Positions 34,755-52,700 of a DNA stretch of 64,000 nt are shown one piece after another. The position numbers were made by a program, and so were the translations under genes. The notes under the pieces are model-generated. The model worked only from the letters and a program-made list of their open reading frames with translations, did not search any database and was not told the DNA's origin. This DNA comes from Eledone cirrhosa (lineage: Eukaryota). The stretch spans positions 284,642,001 to 284,706,000 of the forward strand of contig OZ024742.1 of the NCBI GenBank assembly GCA_964016885.1. The letters run 5' to 3'. Position 1 is the stretch's first letter, and every line of letters starts with the position of its first letter.

Positions 34755-37700
34755 TAACATATTCGCTTCAATAGTCAACATATTCACTGCAATAGTCAAC
34801 ATATTTACTGCAATAGTCAACATATTAGCTTCAATAGTCAACATATTTACTGCAATATTCAACATATTCACTGCAATAGTCAACATATTTACTGCAATAG
34901 TCAAACATATTCACTGCAATAGTCAACATATTCACTGCAATAGTCAACATATTTACTGCAATAGTCAACATATTTACTGCAATAGTCAACATATTAGCTT
35001 CAATAGTCAACATATTTACTGCAATATTCAACATATTCACTGCAATAGTCAATATATTTACTGCAATAGTCAATATATTTACTGCAATAGTCAACATATT
35101 TGCTGCAATAGTCAACATATTTACTGCAATAGTCAATATATTTACTGCAATAGTCAACATATTAGCTTCAATAGTCAACATATTTACTGCAATAGTCAAT
35201 ATATTTACTGCAATAATCAACATATTTACTGCAATAGTCAACATATTTACTGCAGTAGTCAACATATTTACTGCAATAGTCAACATATTAGCTTCAATAG
35301 TCAACATATTTACTGCAATATTCAACATATTCACTGCAATAGTCAACATATTCACTGCAATAGTCAACATATTCACTGCAATAGTCAACATATTTACTGC
35401 AATAGTCAACATATTCACTTCAATAATCAACATATTTACTGCAATAGTCAATATATTTACTGCAATAGTCAACATATTCACTGCAATAGTCAACATATTT
35501 ACTGCAATATTCAACATATTCACTGCAATAGTCAACATATTTACTGCAATAGTCAATATATTTACTGCAATAGTCAACATATTCACTGCAATAGTCAACA
35601 TATTTACTGCAATAGTCAATATATTTGCTGCAATAGTCAACATATTCACTTCAATAATCAACATATTTACTGCAATAGTCAATATATTTACTGCAATAGT
35701 CAACATATTCACTGCAATAGTCAACATATTTACTGCAATAGTCAACATATTCACTGCAATAGTCAACATATTTACTGCAATAGTCAACATATTCACTGCA
35801 ATATTCAACATATTTACTGGAATAGTCAACATATTCACTGCAATAGTCAACATATTTACTGCAATAGTCAACATGTTTACTGCAATAGACAACATATTCA
35901 CTGCAATAGTCAACATATGTACTGCAATAGTCAACATATTTACTGCAATAGACACCATATTTACTGCAATAGTCAACATATTCACTGCAATAGTCAACAT
36001 ATTTACTGCAATAGACAACATATTTACTGCAATAGTCAACATATTTACTGCAATAGTCAACATATTTACTGCAATAGTCAACATATTTACTGCAATAGAC
36101 AACATATTTACTGCAATAGTCAACATATTTACTGCAATAGTCAACATATTTACTGCAATAGGCAACATATTTACTGAGATATTAAACATATTCACTGCAA
36201 TAGTCAACATATTTACTGCAATAGTCAATATATTTACTGCAATAGTCAACATATTTACTGCAATAGTCAACATATTTACTGCAATATTCAACATATTTAC
36301 TGCAGTAGTCAACATATTTACTGCAATAGACAACATATTAGCTTCAATAGTCAACATATTTACTGCAATATTCAACATATTCACTGCAATAGTCAACATA
36401 TTTACTGCAATAGTCAACATATTTACTGCAATAGTCAATATATTTACTGCAATAGTCAACATATTTACTGCAATAGTCAACATATTTACTGCAATAGTCA
36501 ACATATTTACTGCAATAGTCAATATATTTACTGCAATAGTCAACATATTAGCTTCAATAGTCAACATATTTACTGCAATATTCAACATATTCACTGCAAT
36601 AGTCAACATATTCACTGCAATAGTCAATATATTTACTGCAATAGTCAACATATTTACTGCAATAGTCAACATATTTACTGCAATAGTCAACATATTAGCT
36701 TCAATAGTCAACATATTTACTGCAAATATTCAACATATTCACTGCAATAGTCAACATATTTACTGCAATAGTCAACATATTTACTGCAATAGTCAATATA
36801 TTTACTGCAATAGTCAACATATTTACTGCAATAGTCAAACATATTCACTGCAATAGTCAACATATTCACTGCAATAGTCAACATATTTACTGCAATAGTC
36901 AACATATTTACTGCAATAGTCAACATATTAGCTTCAATAGTCAACATATTTACTGCAATAGTCAATATATTTACTGCAATAATCAACATATTTACTGCAA
37001 TAGTCAACATATTTACTGCAGTAGTCAACATATTTACTGCAATATTCAACATATTCACTGCAATAGTCAACATATTCACTGCAATAGTCAACATATTCAC
37101 TGCAATAATCAACATATTTACTGCAATAGTCAACATATTCACTTCAATAATCAACATATTTACTGCAATAGTCAATATATTTACTGCAATAGTCAACATA
37201 TTCACTGCAATAGTCAACATATTTACTGCAGTAGTCAACATATTTACTGCAATAGTCAACATATTAGCTTCAATAGTCAACATATTTACTGCAATATTCA
37301 ACATATTCACTGCAATATTCAACATATTCACTGCAATAGTCAACATATTCACTGCAATAGTCAACATATTTACTGCAATAGTCAACATATTCACTTCAAT
37401 AATCAACATATTTACTGCAATAGTCAATATATTTACTGCAATAGTCAACATATTCACTGCAATAGTCAACATATTTACTGCAATATTCAACATATTCACT
37501 GCAATAGTCAACATATTTACTGCAATAGTCAATATATTTACTGCAATAGTCAACATATTCACTGCAATAGTCAACATATTTACTGCAATAGTCAATATAT
37601 TTACTGCAATAGTCAACATATTCACTTCAATAATCAACATATTTACTGCAATAGTCAATATATTTACTGCAATAGTCAACATATTCACTGCAATAGTCAA

Positions 37701-40700
37701 CATATTTACTGCAATATTCAACATATTCACTGCAATAGTCAACATATTTACTGCAATAGTCAATATATTTACTGCAATAGTCAACATATTCACTGCAATA
37801 GTCAACATATTTACTGCAATAGTCAACATATTCACTGCAATAGTCAACATATTTACTGCAATAGTCAACATATTCACTGCAATATTCAACATATTTACTG
37901 CAATAGTCAACATATTCACTGCAATATTCAACATATTTACTGCAATAGTCAACATATTCACTGCAATAGACAACATATTCACTGCAATAGTCAACATATG
38001 TACTGCAATAGTCAACATATTTACTGTAATAGACACCATATTTACTGCAATAGTCAACATATTCACTGCAATAGTCAACATATTTACTGCAATAGACAAC
38101 ATATTTACTGCAATAGTCAACATATTTACTGCAATAGTCAACATATTTACGGCAATAGACAACATATTTACTGCAATAGTCAACATATTTACTGCAATAG
38201 TCAACATATTTACTGCAATAGGCAACATATTTACTGAGATATTAAACATATTCACTGCAATAGTCAACATATTTACTGCAATAGTCAATATATTTACTGC
38301 AATAGTCAACATATTTACTGCAATAGTCAACATATTTACTGCAATATTCAACATATTTACTGCAGTAGTCAACATATTTACTGCAATAGACAACATATTA
38401 GCTTCAATAGTCAACATATTTACTGCAATATTCAACATATTCACTGCAATAGTCAACATATTTACTTCAATAGTCAACATATTTACTGCAATAGTCAATA
38501 TATTTACTGTAATAGTCAACATATTTACTACAATAGTCAACATATTTACTGCAATAGTCAAACATATTCACTGCAATAGTCAACATATTCACTGCAATAG
38601 TCAACATATTTACTTCAATAATCAACATATTTACTGCAATAGTCAAAATATATGCTGCAGTAGTCAACATATTTACTGCAATAGTCAACATATTAGCTTC
38701 AATAGTCAACATATTTACTGCAATATTCAACATATTCACTGCAATAGTCAACATATTTTCTGCAATAGTCAAATATATTCACTGCAATAGTCAACATATT
38801 CACTGCAATAGTCAACATATTCACTGCAATAGTCTACATATTTACTGCAATAGTCAACATATTAACTTCAATAGTCAACATATTTACTGCAATAGTCAAT
38901 ATATTTACTGCAATAGTCAACATATTCACTGCAATAGTCAACATATTTACTGCAATATTCAACATATTCACTGCAATAGTCAACATATTTACTGCAATAG
39001 TCAATATATTTACTGCAATAGTCAACATATTCATTGCAATAGTCAACATATTTACTGCAATAGTCAACATATTCACTTCAATAGTCAACATATTCACTGC
39101 AATAGTCAACATATTTACTGCAATAGTCAATATATTTACTGCAATAGTCAACATATTTACTGCAATAGTCAACATATTTACTGCAATAGTCAACATATTT
39201 AGTGCAATAGGCAACATAATTACTGCAATAGTCAACATATTTACTGCAATAGTCAACATATTTACTGCAATAGTCATCATATTAGCTTCAATAGTCAACA
39301 TATTTACTGCAATATTCAACATATTCACTGCAATAGTCAACATATTTTCTGCAATAGTCAAACATATTCACTGCAATAGTCAACATATTCACTGCAATAG
39401 TCAACATATTCACTGCAATAGTCTACATATTTACTGCAATAGTCAACATGTTAGCTTCAATGGTCAATATATTCACTGCAATAGTCAATATATTTACTGC
39501 AATAGTCAACATATTAACTTCAATAGTCAACATATTTACTGCAATAGTCAATATATTTACTGCAATAGTCAACATATTCACTGCAATAGTCAACATATTT
39601 ACTGCAATATTCAACATATTCACTGCAATAGTCAACATATTTACTGCAATAGTCAATATATTTACTGCAATAGTCAACATATTCATTGCAATAGTCAACA
39701 TATTTACTGCAATAGTCAACATATTAACTGCAATATTCAACATATTCACTGCAATAGTCAATATATTTACTGCAATAGTCAACATATTTACTGCAATAGT
39801 CAACATATTTACTGCAATAGTCAACATATTAGCTTCAATAGTCAACATATTTACTGCAAATATTCAACATATTCACTGCAATAGTCAACATATTTACTGC
39901 AATAGTCAACATATTTACTGCAATAGTCAATATATTTACTGCAATAGTCAACATATTTACTGCAATAGTCAAACATATTCACTGCAATAGTCAACATATT
40001 CACTGCAATAGTCAACATATTTACTGCAATAGTCAACATATTTACTGCAATAGTCAACATATTAGCTTCAATAGTCAACATATTTACTGCAATAGTCAAT
40101 ATATTTACTGCAATAATCAACATATTTACTGCAATAGTCAACATATTTACTGCAGTAGTCAACATATTTACTGCAATATTCAACATATTAGCTTCAATAG
40201 TCAACATATTCACTGCAATAGTCAACATATTTACTGCAATAGTCAACATATTCGCTTCAATAGTCAACATATTTACTGCAATAGTCAACATATTCACTGC
40301 AATAGTCAACATATTCACTGCAATAGTCAATATATTTACTGCAATAGTCAATATATTCACTGCAATAGTCAACATATTCACTGCAATAGTCAACATATTT
40401 ACTGCAATAGTCAACATATTCAGTGCAATAGTCAACATATTTACTGCAATAGTCAAAATTTTCACTGCAATATTCAACATATTTACTGCAATAGTCAACA
40501 TATTCACTGCAATAGTCAACATATTTACTGCAATAGTCAACATGTTTACTGCAATAGACAACATATTCACTGCAATAGTCAACATATTTACTGCAATAGT
40601 CAACATATTTACTGCAATAGACACCATATTTACTGCAATAGTCAACATATTCACTGCAATAGTCAACATATTTACTGCAATAGACAACATATTTACTGCA

Positions 40701-43700
40701 ATAGTCAACATATTTACTGCAATAGTGAACATATTTACTGCAATAGTCAACATATTTACTGCAATAGACAACATATTTACTGCAATAGTCAACATATTTA
40801 CTGCAATCGTCAACATATTTACTGCAATAGGCAACATATTTACTGAGATATTAAACATATTCACTGCAATAGTCAACATATTTACTGCAATAGTCAATAT
40901 ATTTACTGCAATAGTCAACATATTTACTGCAATAGTCAACATATTTACTGCAATAGTCAACATATTTAGTGCAATAGGCAACATAATTACTGCAATAGTC
41001 AACATATTTACTTCAATAGTCAACATATTTACTGCAATAGTCAAAATATTTGCTGCAGTAGCCAACATATTTACTGCAATAGTCAACATATTAGCTTCAA
41101 TAGTCAACATATTTACTGCAATATTCAACATATTCACTGCAATAGTCAACATATTTACTGCAATATTCAACATATTCACTGCAATAGTCAACATATTTAC
41201 TGCAATAGTCAATATATTTACTGCAATAGTCAACATATTTACTGCAATAGTCAACATATTAGCTTCAATAGTCAACATATTTACTGCAATGGTCAATATA
41301 TTTACTGCAATAATCAACATATTTACTGCAATAGTCAACATATTTACTGCAGTAGTCAACATATTTACTGCAATATTCAACATATTAGCTTCAATAGTCA
41401 ACATATTTACTGCAATATTCAACATATTCACTGCAATCGTCAACATATTCACTGCAATAGTCAACATATTCACGCAATAATCAACATATTTACTGCAATA
41501 GTCAACATATTCACTTCAATAATCAACATATTTACTGCAATAGTCAATATATTTACTGCAATAGTCAACATATTCACTGCAATAGTCAACATATTTACTG
41601 CAATATTCAACATATTCACTGCAATAGTTAACATATTTACTGCAATAGTCAATATATTTACTGAAATAGTCAACATATTCACTGCAATAGTCAACATATT
41701 TACTGCAATAGTCAACATATTCACTTCAATAGTCAACATATTCACTGCAATAGTCAACATATTTACTGCAATAGTCAACATATTCGCTTCAATAGTCAAC
41801 ATATTTACTGCAATAGTCAATATATTCACTGCAATAGTCAACATATTCACTGCAATAGTCAATATATTTACTGCAATAGTCAATATATTCACTGCAATAG
41901 TCAACATATTCACTGCAATAGTCAACATATTTACTGCAATAGTCAACATATTCACTGCAATAGTCAACATATTTACTGCAATAGTCAACATATTCACTGC
42001 AATATTCAACATATTTACTGCAATAGTCAACATATTCACAGCAATAGTCAACATATTTACTGCAATAGTCAACATGTTTACTGCAATAGACAACATATTC
42101 ACTGCAATAGTCAACATATTTACTGCAATAGTCAACATATTTACTGCAATAGACACCATATTTACTGCAATAGTCAACATATTCACTGCAATAGTCAACA
42201 TATTTACTGCAATAGACAACATATTTACTGCAATAGTCAACATATTTACTGCAATAGTCAACATATTTACTGCAATAGTCAACATATTTACTGCAATAGA
42301 CAACATATTTACTGCAATAGTCAACATATTTACTGCAATCGTCAACATATTTACTGCAATAGGCAACATATTTACTGAGATATTAAACATATTCACAGCA
42401 ATAGTCAACATATTTACTGCAATAGTCAATATATTTACTGCAATAGTCAACATATTTACTGCAATAGTCAACATATTTACTGCAATAGTCAAACATATTC
42501 ACTGCAATAGTCAACATATTAACTGCAATAGTCAACATATTTACTGCAATAGTCAACATATTTACTGCAATAGTCAACATATTTACTGCAATAGTCAATA
42601 TATTTACTGCAATAGTCAACATATTTACTGCAATAGTCAACATATTTGCTGCAATAGTCAACATATTTACTCCAATAGTCAATATATTTACTGCAATAGT
42701 CAACATATTAGCTTCAATAGTCAACATATTTACTGCAATATTCAACATATTCACTGCAATAGTCAACATATTCACTGCAATAGTCAATATATTTACTGCA
42801 ATAGTCAACATATTTACTGCAATAGTCAACATATTTACTGCAATAGTCAACATATTAGCTTCAATAGTCAACATATTTACTGCAAATATTCAACATATTC
42901 ACTGCAATAGTCAACATATTCACTGCAATAGTCAACATATTCACTGCAATAGTCAACATATTTACTGCAATAGTCAACATATTTACTGCAATAGTCAACA
43001 TATTAGCTTCAATAGTCAACATATTTACTGCAATAGTCAATATATTTACTGCAATAATCAACATATTTACTGCAATAGTCAACATATTTACTGCAGTAGT
43101 CAACATATTTACTGCAATAGTCAAAATATTAGCTTCAATAGTCAACATATTTACTGCAATATTCAACATATTCACTGCAATAGTCAACATATTCACTGCA
43201 ATAGTCAACATATTCACTGCAATAGTCAACATATTTACTGCAATAGTCAACATATTCACTTCAATAATCAACATATTTACTGCAATAGTCAATATATTTA
43301 CTGCAATAGTCAACATATTCACTGCAATAGTCAACATATTTACTGCAATATTCAACATATTCACTGCAATAGTCAACATATTTACTGCAATAGTCAATAT
43401 ATTTACTGCAATAGTCAACATATTCACTGCAATAATCAACATATTTACTGCAATAGTCAATATATTTACTGCAATAGTCAACATATTCACTTCAATAATC
43501 AACATATTTACTGCAATAGTCAATATATTTACTGCAATAGTCAACATATTCACTGCAATAGTCAACATATTTACTGCAATATTCAACATATTCACTGCAA
43601 TAGTCAACATATTTACTGCAATAGTCAATATATTTACTGCAATAGTCAACATATTCACTGCAATAGTCAACATATTTACTGCAATAGTCAACATATTCAC

Positions 43701-46700
43701 TGCAATATTCAACATATTTACTGCAATAGTCAACATATTCACTGCAATAGTCAACATATTTACTGCAATAGTCAACATGTTTACTGCAATAGACAACATA
43801 TTCACTGCAACAGTCAACATATGTACTGCAATAGTCAACATATTTATTGCAATAGACACCATATTTACTGCAATAGTCAACATATTCACTGCAATAGTCA
43901 ACATATTTACTGCAATAGTCAACATATTTACTGTAATAGTCAACATATTTACTGCAATAGTCAATATATTTACTGCAATAGTCAACATATTTACTGCAAT
44001 AGTCAAACATATTCACTGCAATAGTCAACATATTCACTGCAATAGTCAACATATTTACTGCAATAGTCAACATATTTACTGCAATAGTCAACATATTAGC
44101 TTCAATAGTCAACATATTTACTGCAATAGTCAATATATTTACTGCAATAATCAACATATTTACTGCAATAGTCAACATATTTACTGCAGTAGTCAACATA
44201 TTTACTGCAATATTCAACATATTAGCTTCAATAGTCAACATATTTACTGCAATATTCAACATATTCACTGCAATCGTCAACATATTCACTGCAATAGTCA
44301 ACATATTCACTGCAATAATCAACATATTTACTGCAATAGTCAACATATTCACTTCAATAATCAACATATTTACTGCAATAGTCAATATATTTACTGCAAT
44401 AGTCAACATATTCACTGCAATAGTCAACATATTTACTGCAATATTCAACATATTCACTGCAATAGTTAACATATTTACTGCAATAGTCAATATATTTACT
44501 GAAATAGTCAACATATTCACTGCAATAGTCAACATATTTACTGCAATAGTCAACATATTCACTTCAATAGTCAACATATTCACTGCAATAGTCAACGTAT
44601 TTACTGCAATAGTCAACATATTCGCTTCAATAGTCAACATATTCACTGCAATAGTCAACATATTCACTGCAATAGTCAATATATTTACTGCAATAGTCAA
44701 TATATTCACTGTAATAGTCAACATATTCACTGCAATAGTCAACATATTTACTGCAATAGTCAACATATTCACTGCAATAGTCAACATATTTACTGCAATA
44801 GTCAACATATTCACTGCAATATTCAACATATTTACTGCAATAGTCAACATATTCACTGCAATAGTCAACATATTTACTGCAATAGTCAACATGTTTACTG
44901 CAATAGACAACATATTCACTGCAATAGTCAACATATTTACTGCAATAGTCAACATATTTACTGCAATAGACACCATATTTACTGCAATAGTCAACATATT
45001 CACTGCAATAGTCAACATATTTACTGCAATAGACAACATATTTACTGCAATAGTCAACATATTTACTGCAATAGTCAACATATTTACTGCAATAGTCAAC
45101 ATATTTACTGCAATAGACAACATATTTACTGCAATAGTCAACATATTTACTGCAATCGTCAACATATTTACTGCAATAGGCAACATATTTACTGAGATAT
45201 TAAACATATTCACTGCAATAGTCAACATATTTACTGCAATAGTCAATATATTTACTGCAATAGTCAACATATTTACTGCAATAGTCAACATATTTACTGC
45301 AATAGTCAAACATATTCACTGCAATAGTCAACATATTAACTGCAATAGTCAACATATTTACTGCAATAGTCAACATATTTACTGCAATAGTCAACATATT
45401 TACTGCAATAGTCAATATATTTACTGCAATAGTCAACATATTTACTGCAATAGTCAACATATTTACTCCAATAGTCAACATATTTACTCCATTAGTCAAT
45501 ATATTTACTGCAATATTCAACATATTAGCTTCAATAGTCAACATATTTACTGCAATATTCAACATATTCACTGCAATAGTCAACATATTCACTGCAATAG
45601 TCAATATATTTACTGCAATAGTCAACATATTTACTGCAATAGTCAACATATTTACTGAAATAGTCAACATATTAGCTTCAATAGTCAACATATTTACTGC
45701 AAATATTCAACATATTCACTGCAATAGTCAACATATTTACTGCAATAGTCAATATATTTACTGCAATAGTCAACATATTTACTGCAATAGTCAAATATAT
45801 TCACTGCAATAGTCAACATATTCACTGCAATAGTCAACATATTTACTGCAATAGCCAACATATTTACTGCAATAGTCAACATATTAGCTTCAATAGTCAA
45901 CATATTTACTGCAATAGTCAATATATTTACTGCAATAATCAACATATTTACTGCAATAGTCAACATATTTACTGCAGTAGTCAACATATTTACTGCAATA
46001 GTCAACATATTAGCTTCAATAGTCAACATATTTACTGCAATGTTCAACATATTCACTGCAATAGTCAACATATTCACTGCAATAGTCAACATATTCACTG
46101 CAATAGTCAACATATTTACTGCAATAGTCAACATATTCACTTCAATAATCAACATATTTACTGCAATAGTCAATATATTTACTGCAATAGTCAACATATT
46201 CACTGCAATAGTCAACATATTTACTGCAATATTCAACATATTCACTGCAATAGTCAACATATTTACTGCAATAGTCAATATATTTACTGCAATAGTCAAC
46301 ATATTCACTGCAATAATCAACATATTTACTGCAATAGTCAATATATTTACTGCAATAGTCAACATATTCACTTCAATAATCAACATATTTACTGCAATAG
46401 TCAATATATTTACTGCAATAGTCAACATATTCACTGCAATTGTCAACATATTTACTGCAATATTCAACATATTCACTGCAATAGTCAACATATTTACTGC
46501 AATAGTCAATATATTTACTGCAATAGTCAACATATTCACTGCAATAGTCAACATATTTACTGCAATAGTCAACATATTCACTGCAATAGTCAACATATTT
46601 ACTGCAATAGTCAACATATTCACTGCAATATTCAACATATTTACTGCAATATTCAACATATTCACTGCAATAGTCAACATATTTACTGCAATAGTCAACA

Positions 46701-49700
46701 TGTTTACTACAATAGACAACATATTCACTGCAACAGTCAACATATGTACTGCAATAGTCAACATATTTATTGCAATAGACACCATATTTACTGCAATAGT
46801 CAACATATTCACTGCAATAGTCAACATATTTACTGCAATAGTCAACATATTTACTGCAATAGTCAACATATTTACTGCAATAGTCAACATATTTACTGCA
46901 ATAGACAACATATTTACTGCAATAGTCAACATATTTACTGCAATAGTCAACATATTTACTGCAATAGGCAACATATTTACTGAGATATTAAACATATTCA
47001 CTGCAATAGTCAACATATTTACTGCAATAGTCAATATATTTACTGCAATAGTCAACATATTTACTGCAATAGTCAACATATTTACTGCAATAGTCAACAT
47101 ATTTACTGCAGTAGTCAACATATTTACTGCAATAGACAACATATTAGCTTCAATAGTCAACATATTTACTGCAATATTCAACATATTCACTGCAATAGTC
47201 AACATATTTACTGCAATAGTCAACATATTTACTGCAATAGTCAATATATTTACTGCAATAGTCAACATATTTACTGCAATAGTCAACATATTTACTGCAA
47301 TAGTCAACATATTTACTGCAATAGTCAATATATTTACTGCAATAGACAACATATTAGCTTCAATAGTCAACATATTTACAGCAATATTCAACATATTCAC
47401 TGCAATAGTCAACATATTCACTGCAATAGTCAATATATTTACTGCAATAGTCAACATATTTACTGCAATAGTCAACATATTTACTGCAATACGCAACATA
47501 TTAGCTTCAATAGTCAACATATTTACTGCAAATATTCAACATATTCACTGCAATAGTCAAAATATTTACTGTAATAGTCAACATATTTACTGCAATAGTC
47601 AATATATTTACTGCAATAGTCAACATATTTACTGCAATAGTCAAACATATTCACTGCAATAGTCAACATATTCACTGCAATAGTCAACATATTTACTGCA
47701 ATATTCAACATATTAGCTTCAATAGTCAACATATTTACTGCAATATTGAACATATTCACTGCAATAGTCAACATATTCACTGCAATAGTCAACATATTCA
47801 CTGCAATAGTCAACATATTTACTGCAATAGTCAACATATTTACTGCAATAGTCAACATATTTACTGCAGTAGTCAACATATTTACTGCAATAGACAACAT
47901 ATTAGCTTCAATAGTCAACATATTTACTGCAATAGTCAACATATTCACTGCAATAGTCAACATATTCACTGCAATAGTCAATATATTTACTGCAATAGTC
48001 AACATATTTAATTCAATAGTCAAACATATTCACTTCAATAGTCAGCATATTAGCTTCAATAGTCAACATATTTACTGCAATAGTCAAACATATTCACTGC
48101 AATAGTCAACATATTAACTGCAATAGTCAACATATTTACTGCAATAGTCAACCTATTTACTGCAATATTCAACATATTCACTGCAATAGTCAACATATTC
48201 ACTGCAATAGTCAATATATTTACTGCAATAGTCAACATATTTAATGCAATAGTCAAACATATTCACTTCAAAAGTCAGCATATTAGCTTCAATAGTCAAC
48301 ATATTTACTGCAAATATTCAGCATATTCACTGCAATAGTCAACATATTTACTGCAATAGTCAACATATTTACTGCAATAATCAAACATATTCACTGCAAT
48401 AGTCAACATATTCACTGCAATAGTCAACATATTTACTGCAATAGTCAACATATTTACTGCAATATTCAATATATTTACTGCAATAGTCAACATATTTACT
48501 GCAATAGTCAACATATTTACTGCAGTAGTCAACATATTTACTGCAATAGTCAACATATTAGCTTCAAAAGTCAACATATTTACTGCAATATTCAACATAT
48601 TCACTGCAATAGTCAACATATTTACTGCAATAGTCAACATATTTACTGCAATAGTTAATATATTTACTGCAATAGTCAACATATTTACTGCAATAGTCAA
48701 CATATTTACTGCAGTAGTCAACATATTTACTGCAATAGTCAAAATATTAGCTTCAATAGTCAACATATTTACTGCAATATTCAACATATTCACTGCAATA
48801 GTCAACATATTCACTGCAATAGTCAACATATTCACTGCAATAGTCAACATATTTACTGCAATAGTCAACATATTCACTTCAATAATCAACATATTTACTG
48901 CAATAGTCAATATATTTACTGCAATAGTCAACATATTCACTGCAATAGTCAACATATTTACTGCAATATTCAACATATTCACTGCAATAGTCAACATATT
49001 TACTGCAATAGTCAATATATTTACTGCAATAGTCAACATATTCACTGCAATAATCAACATATTTACTGCAATAGTCAATATATTTACTGCAATAGTCAAC
49101 ATATTCACTTCAATAATCAACATATTTACTGCAATAGTCAATATATTTACTGCAATAGTCAACATATTCACTGCAATAGTCAACATATTTACTGCAATAT
49201 TCAACATATTCACTGCAATAGTCAACATATTTACTGCAATATTCAATATATTTACTGCAATAGTCAACATATTCACTGCAATAGTCAACATATTTACTGC
49301 AATAGTCAACATATTCACTGCAATATTCAACATATTTACTGCAATAGTCAACATATTCACTGCAATAGTCAACATATTTACTGCAATAGTCAACATGTTT
49401 ACTGCAATAGACAACATATTCACTGCAACAGTCAACATATGTACTGCAATAGTCAACATATTTATTGCAATAGACACCATATTTACTGCAATAGTCAACA
49501 TATTCACTGCAATAGTCAACATATTTACTGCAATAGTCAACATATTTACTGCAATAGTCAACATATTTACTGCAATAGTCAACATATTTACTGCAATAGA
49601 CAACATATTCACTGCAATAGTCAACATATTTACTGCAATAGTCAACATATTTACTGCAATAGTCAACATATTTCCTGCAGTAGTCAACATATTTACTGCA

Positions 49701-52700
49701 ATAGGCAACATATTAGCTTCAATAGTAAACATATTTACTGCAATATTCAACATATTCACTGCAATAGTCAACATATTTACTGCAATAGTCAACATATTTT
49801 CTGCAATAGTCAATATATTTACTGCAATAGTCAACATATTTACTGCAAATATTCAACATATTCACTGCAATAGTCAACATATTTACTGCAATAGTCAACA
49901 TATTTACTGCAATAGTCAATATATTTACTGTAATAGTCAACATATTTACTACAATAGTCAACATATTTACTGCAATAGTCAAACATATTCACTGCAATAT
50001 TCAACATATTTACTGCAATATTCAACATATTAGCTTCAATAGTCAACATATTCACTGCAATAGTCAACATATTTACTGCAATAGTCAACATATTCGCTTC
50101 AATAGTCAACATATTTACTGCAATAGTCAACATATTCACTGCAATAGTCAACATATTCACTGCAATAGTCAATATATTTACTGCAATAGTCAATATATTC
50201 ACTGCAATAGTCAACATATTCACTGCAATAGTCAACATATTTACTGCAATAGTCAACATATTCACTGCAATAGTCAACATATTTACTGCAATAGTCAACA
50301 TATTCACTGCAATATTCAACATATTTACTGTAATAGTCAACATATTCACTGCAATAGTCAACATATTTACTGCAATAGTCAACATGTTTACTGCAATAGA
50401 CAACATATTGACTGCAATAGTCAACATATTTACTGCAATAGTCAACATATTTACTGCAATAGACACCATATTTACTGCAATAGTCAACATATTCACTGCA
50501 ATAGTCAACATATTTACTGCAATAGACAACATATTTACTGCAATAGTCAACATATTTACTGCAATAGTCAACATATTTACTGCAATAGTCAACATATTTA
50601 CTGCAATAGACAACATATTTACTGCAATAGTCAACATATTTACTGCAATCGTCAACATATTTACTGCAATAGGCAACATATTTACTGAGATATTAAACAT
50701 ATTCACTGCAATAGTCAACATATTTACTGCACTAGTCAATATATTTACTGCAATTGTCAACATATTTACTGCAATAGTCAACATATTTACTGCAATAGTC
50801 AACATATTTAGTGCAATAGGCAACATAATTACTGCAATAGTCAACATATTTACTTCAATAGTCAACATATTTACTGCAATAGTCAAAATATTTGCTGCAG
50901 TAGCCAACATATTTACTGCAATAGTCAACATATTAGCTTCAATAGTCAACATATTTACTGCAATATTCAACATATTCACTGCAATAGTCAACATATTTAC
51001 TGCAATATTCAACATATTCACTGCAATCGTCAACATATTCACTGCAATAGTCAACATATTCACGCAATAATCAACATATTTACTGCAATAGTCAACATAT
51101 TCACTTCAATAATCAACATATTTACTGCAATAGTCAATATATTTACTGCAATAGTCAACATATTCACTGCAATAGTCAACATATTTACTGCAATATTCAA
51201 CATATTCACTGCAATAGTTAACATATTTACTGCAATAGTCAATATATTTACTGAAATAGTCAACATATTCACTGCAATAGTCAACATATTTACTGCAATA
51301 GTCAACATATTCACTTCAATAGTCAACATATTCACTGCAATAGTCAACATATTTACTGCAATAGTCAACATATTCGCTTCAATAGTCAACATATTTACTG
51401 CAATAGTCAATATATTCACTGCAATAGTCAACATATTCACTGCAATAGTCAATATATTTACTGCAATAGTCAATATATTCACTGCAATAGTCAACATATT
51501 CACTGCAATAGTCAACATATTTACTGCAATAGTCAACATATTCACTGCAATAGTCAACATATTTACTGCAATAGACAACATATTCACTGCAATATTCAAC
51601 ATATTTACTGCAATAGTCAACATATTCACTGCAATAGTCAACATATTTACTGCAATAGTCAACATGTTTACTGCAATAGACAACATATTCACTGCAATAG
51701 TCAACATATTTACTGCAATAGTCAACATATTTACTGCAATAGACACCATATTTACTGCAATAGTCAACATATTCACTGCAATAGTCAACATATTTACTGC
51801 AATAGACAACATATTTACTGCAATAGTCAACATATTTACTGCAATAGTCAACATATTTACTGCAATAGTCAACATATTTACTGCAATAGACAACATATTT
51901 ACTGCAATAGTCAACATATTTACTGCAATCGTCAACATATTTACTGCAATAGGCAACATATTTACTGAGATATTAAACATATTCACAGCAATAGTCAACA
52001 TATTTACTGCAATAGTCAATATATTTACTGCAATAGTCAACATATTTACTGCAATAGTCAACATATTTACTGCAATAGTCAAACATATTCACTGCAATAG
52101 TCAACATATTAACTGCAATAGTCAACATATTTACTGCAATAGTCAACATATTTACTGCAATAGTCAACATATTTACTGCAATAGTCAATATATTTACTGC
52201 AATAGTCAACATATTTACTGCAATAGTCAACATATTTGCTGCAATAGTCAACATATTTACTCCAATAGTCAATATATTTACTGCAATAGTCAACATATTA
52301 GCTTCAATAGTCAACATATTTACTGCAATATTCAACATATTCACTGCAATAGTCAACATATTCACTGCAATAGTCAATATATTTACTGCAATAGTCAACA
52401 TATTTACTGCAATAGTCAACATATTTACTGCAATAGTCAACATATTAGCTTCAATAGTCAACATATTTACTGCAAATATTCAACATATTCACTGCAATAG
52501 TCAACATATTCACTGCAATAGTCAACATATTCACTGCAATAGTCAACATATTTACTGCAATAGTCAACATATTTACTGCAATAGTCAACATATTAGCTTC
52601 AATAGTCAACATATTTACTGCAATAGTCAATATATTTACTGCAATAATCAACATATTTACTGCAATAGTCAACATATTTACTGCAGTAGTCAACATATTT

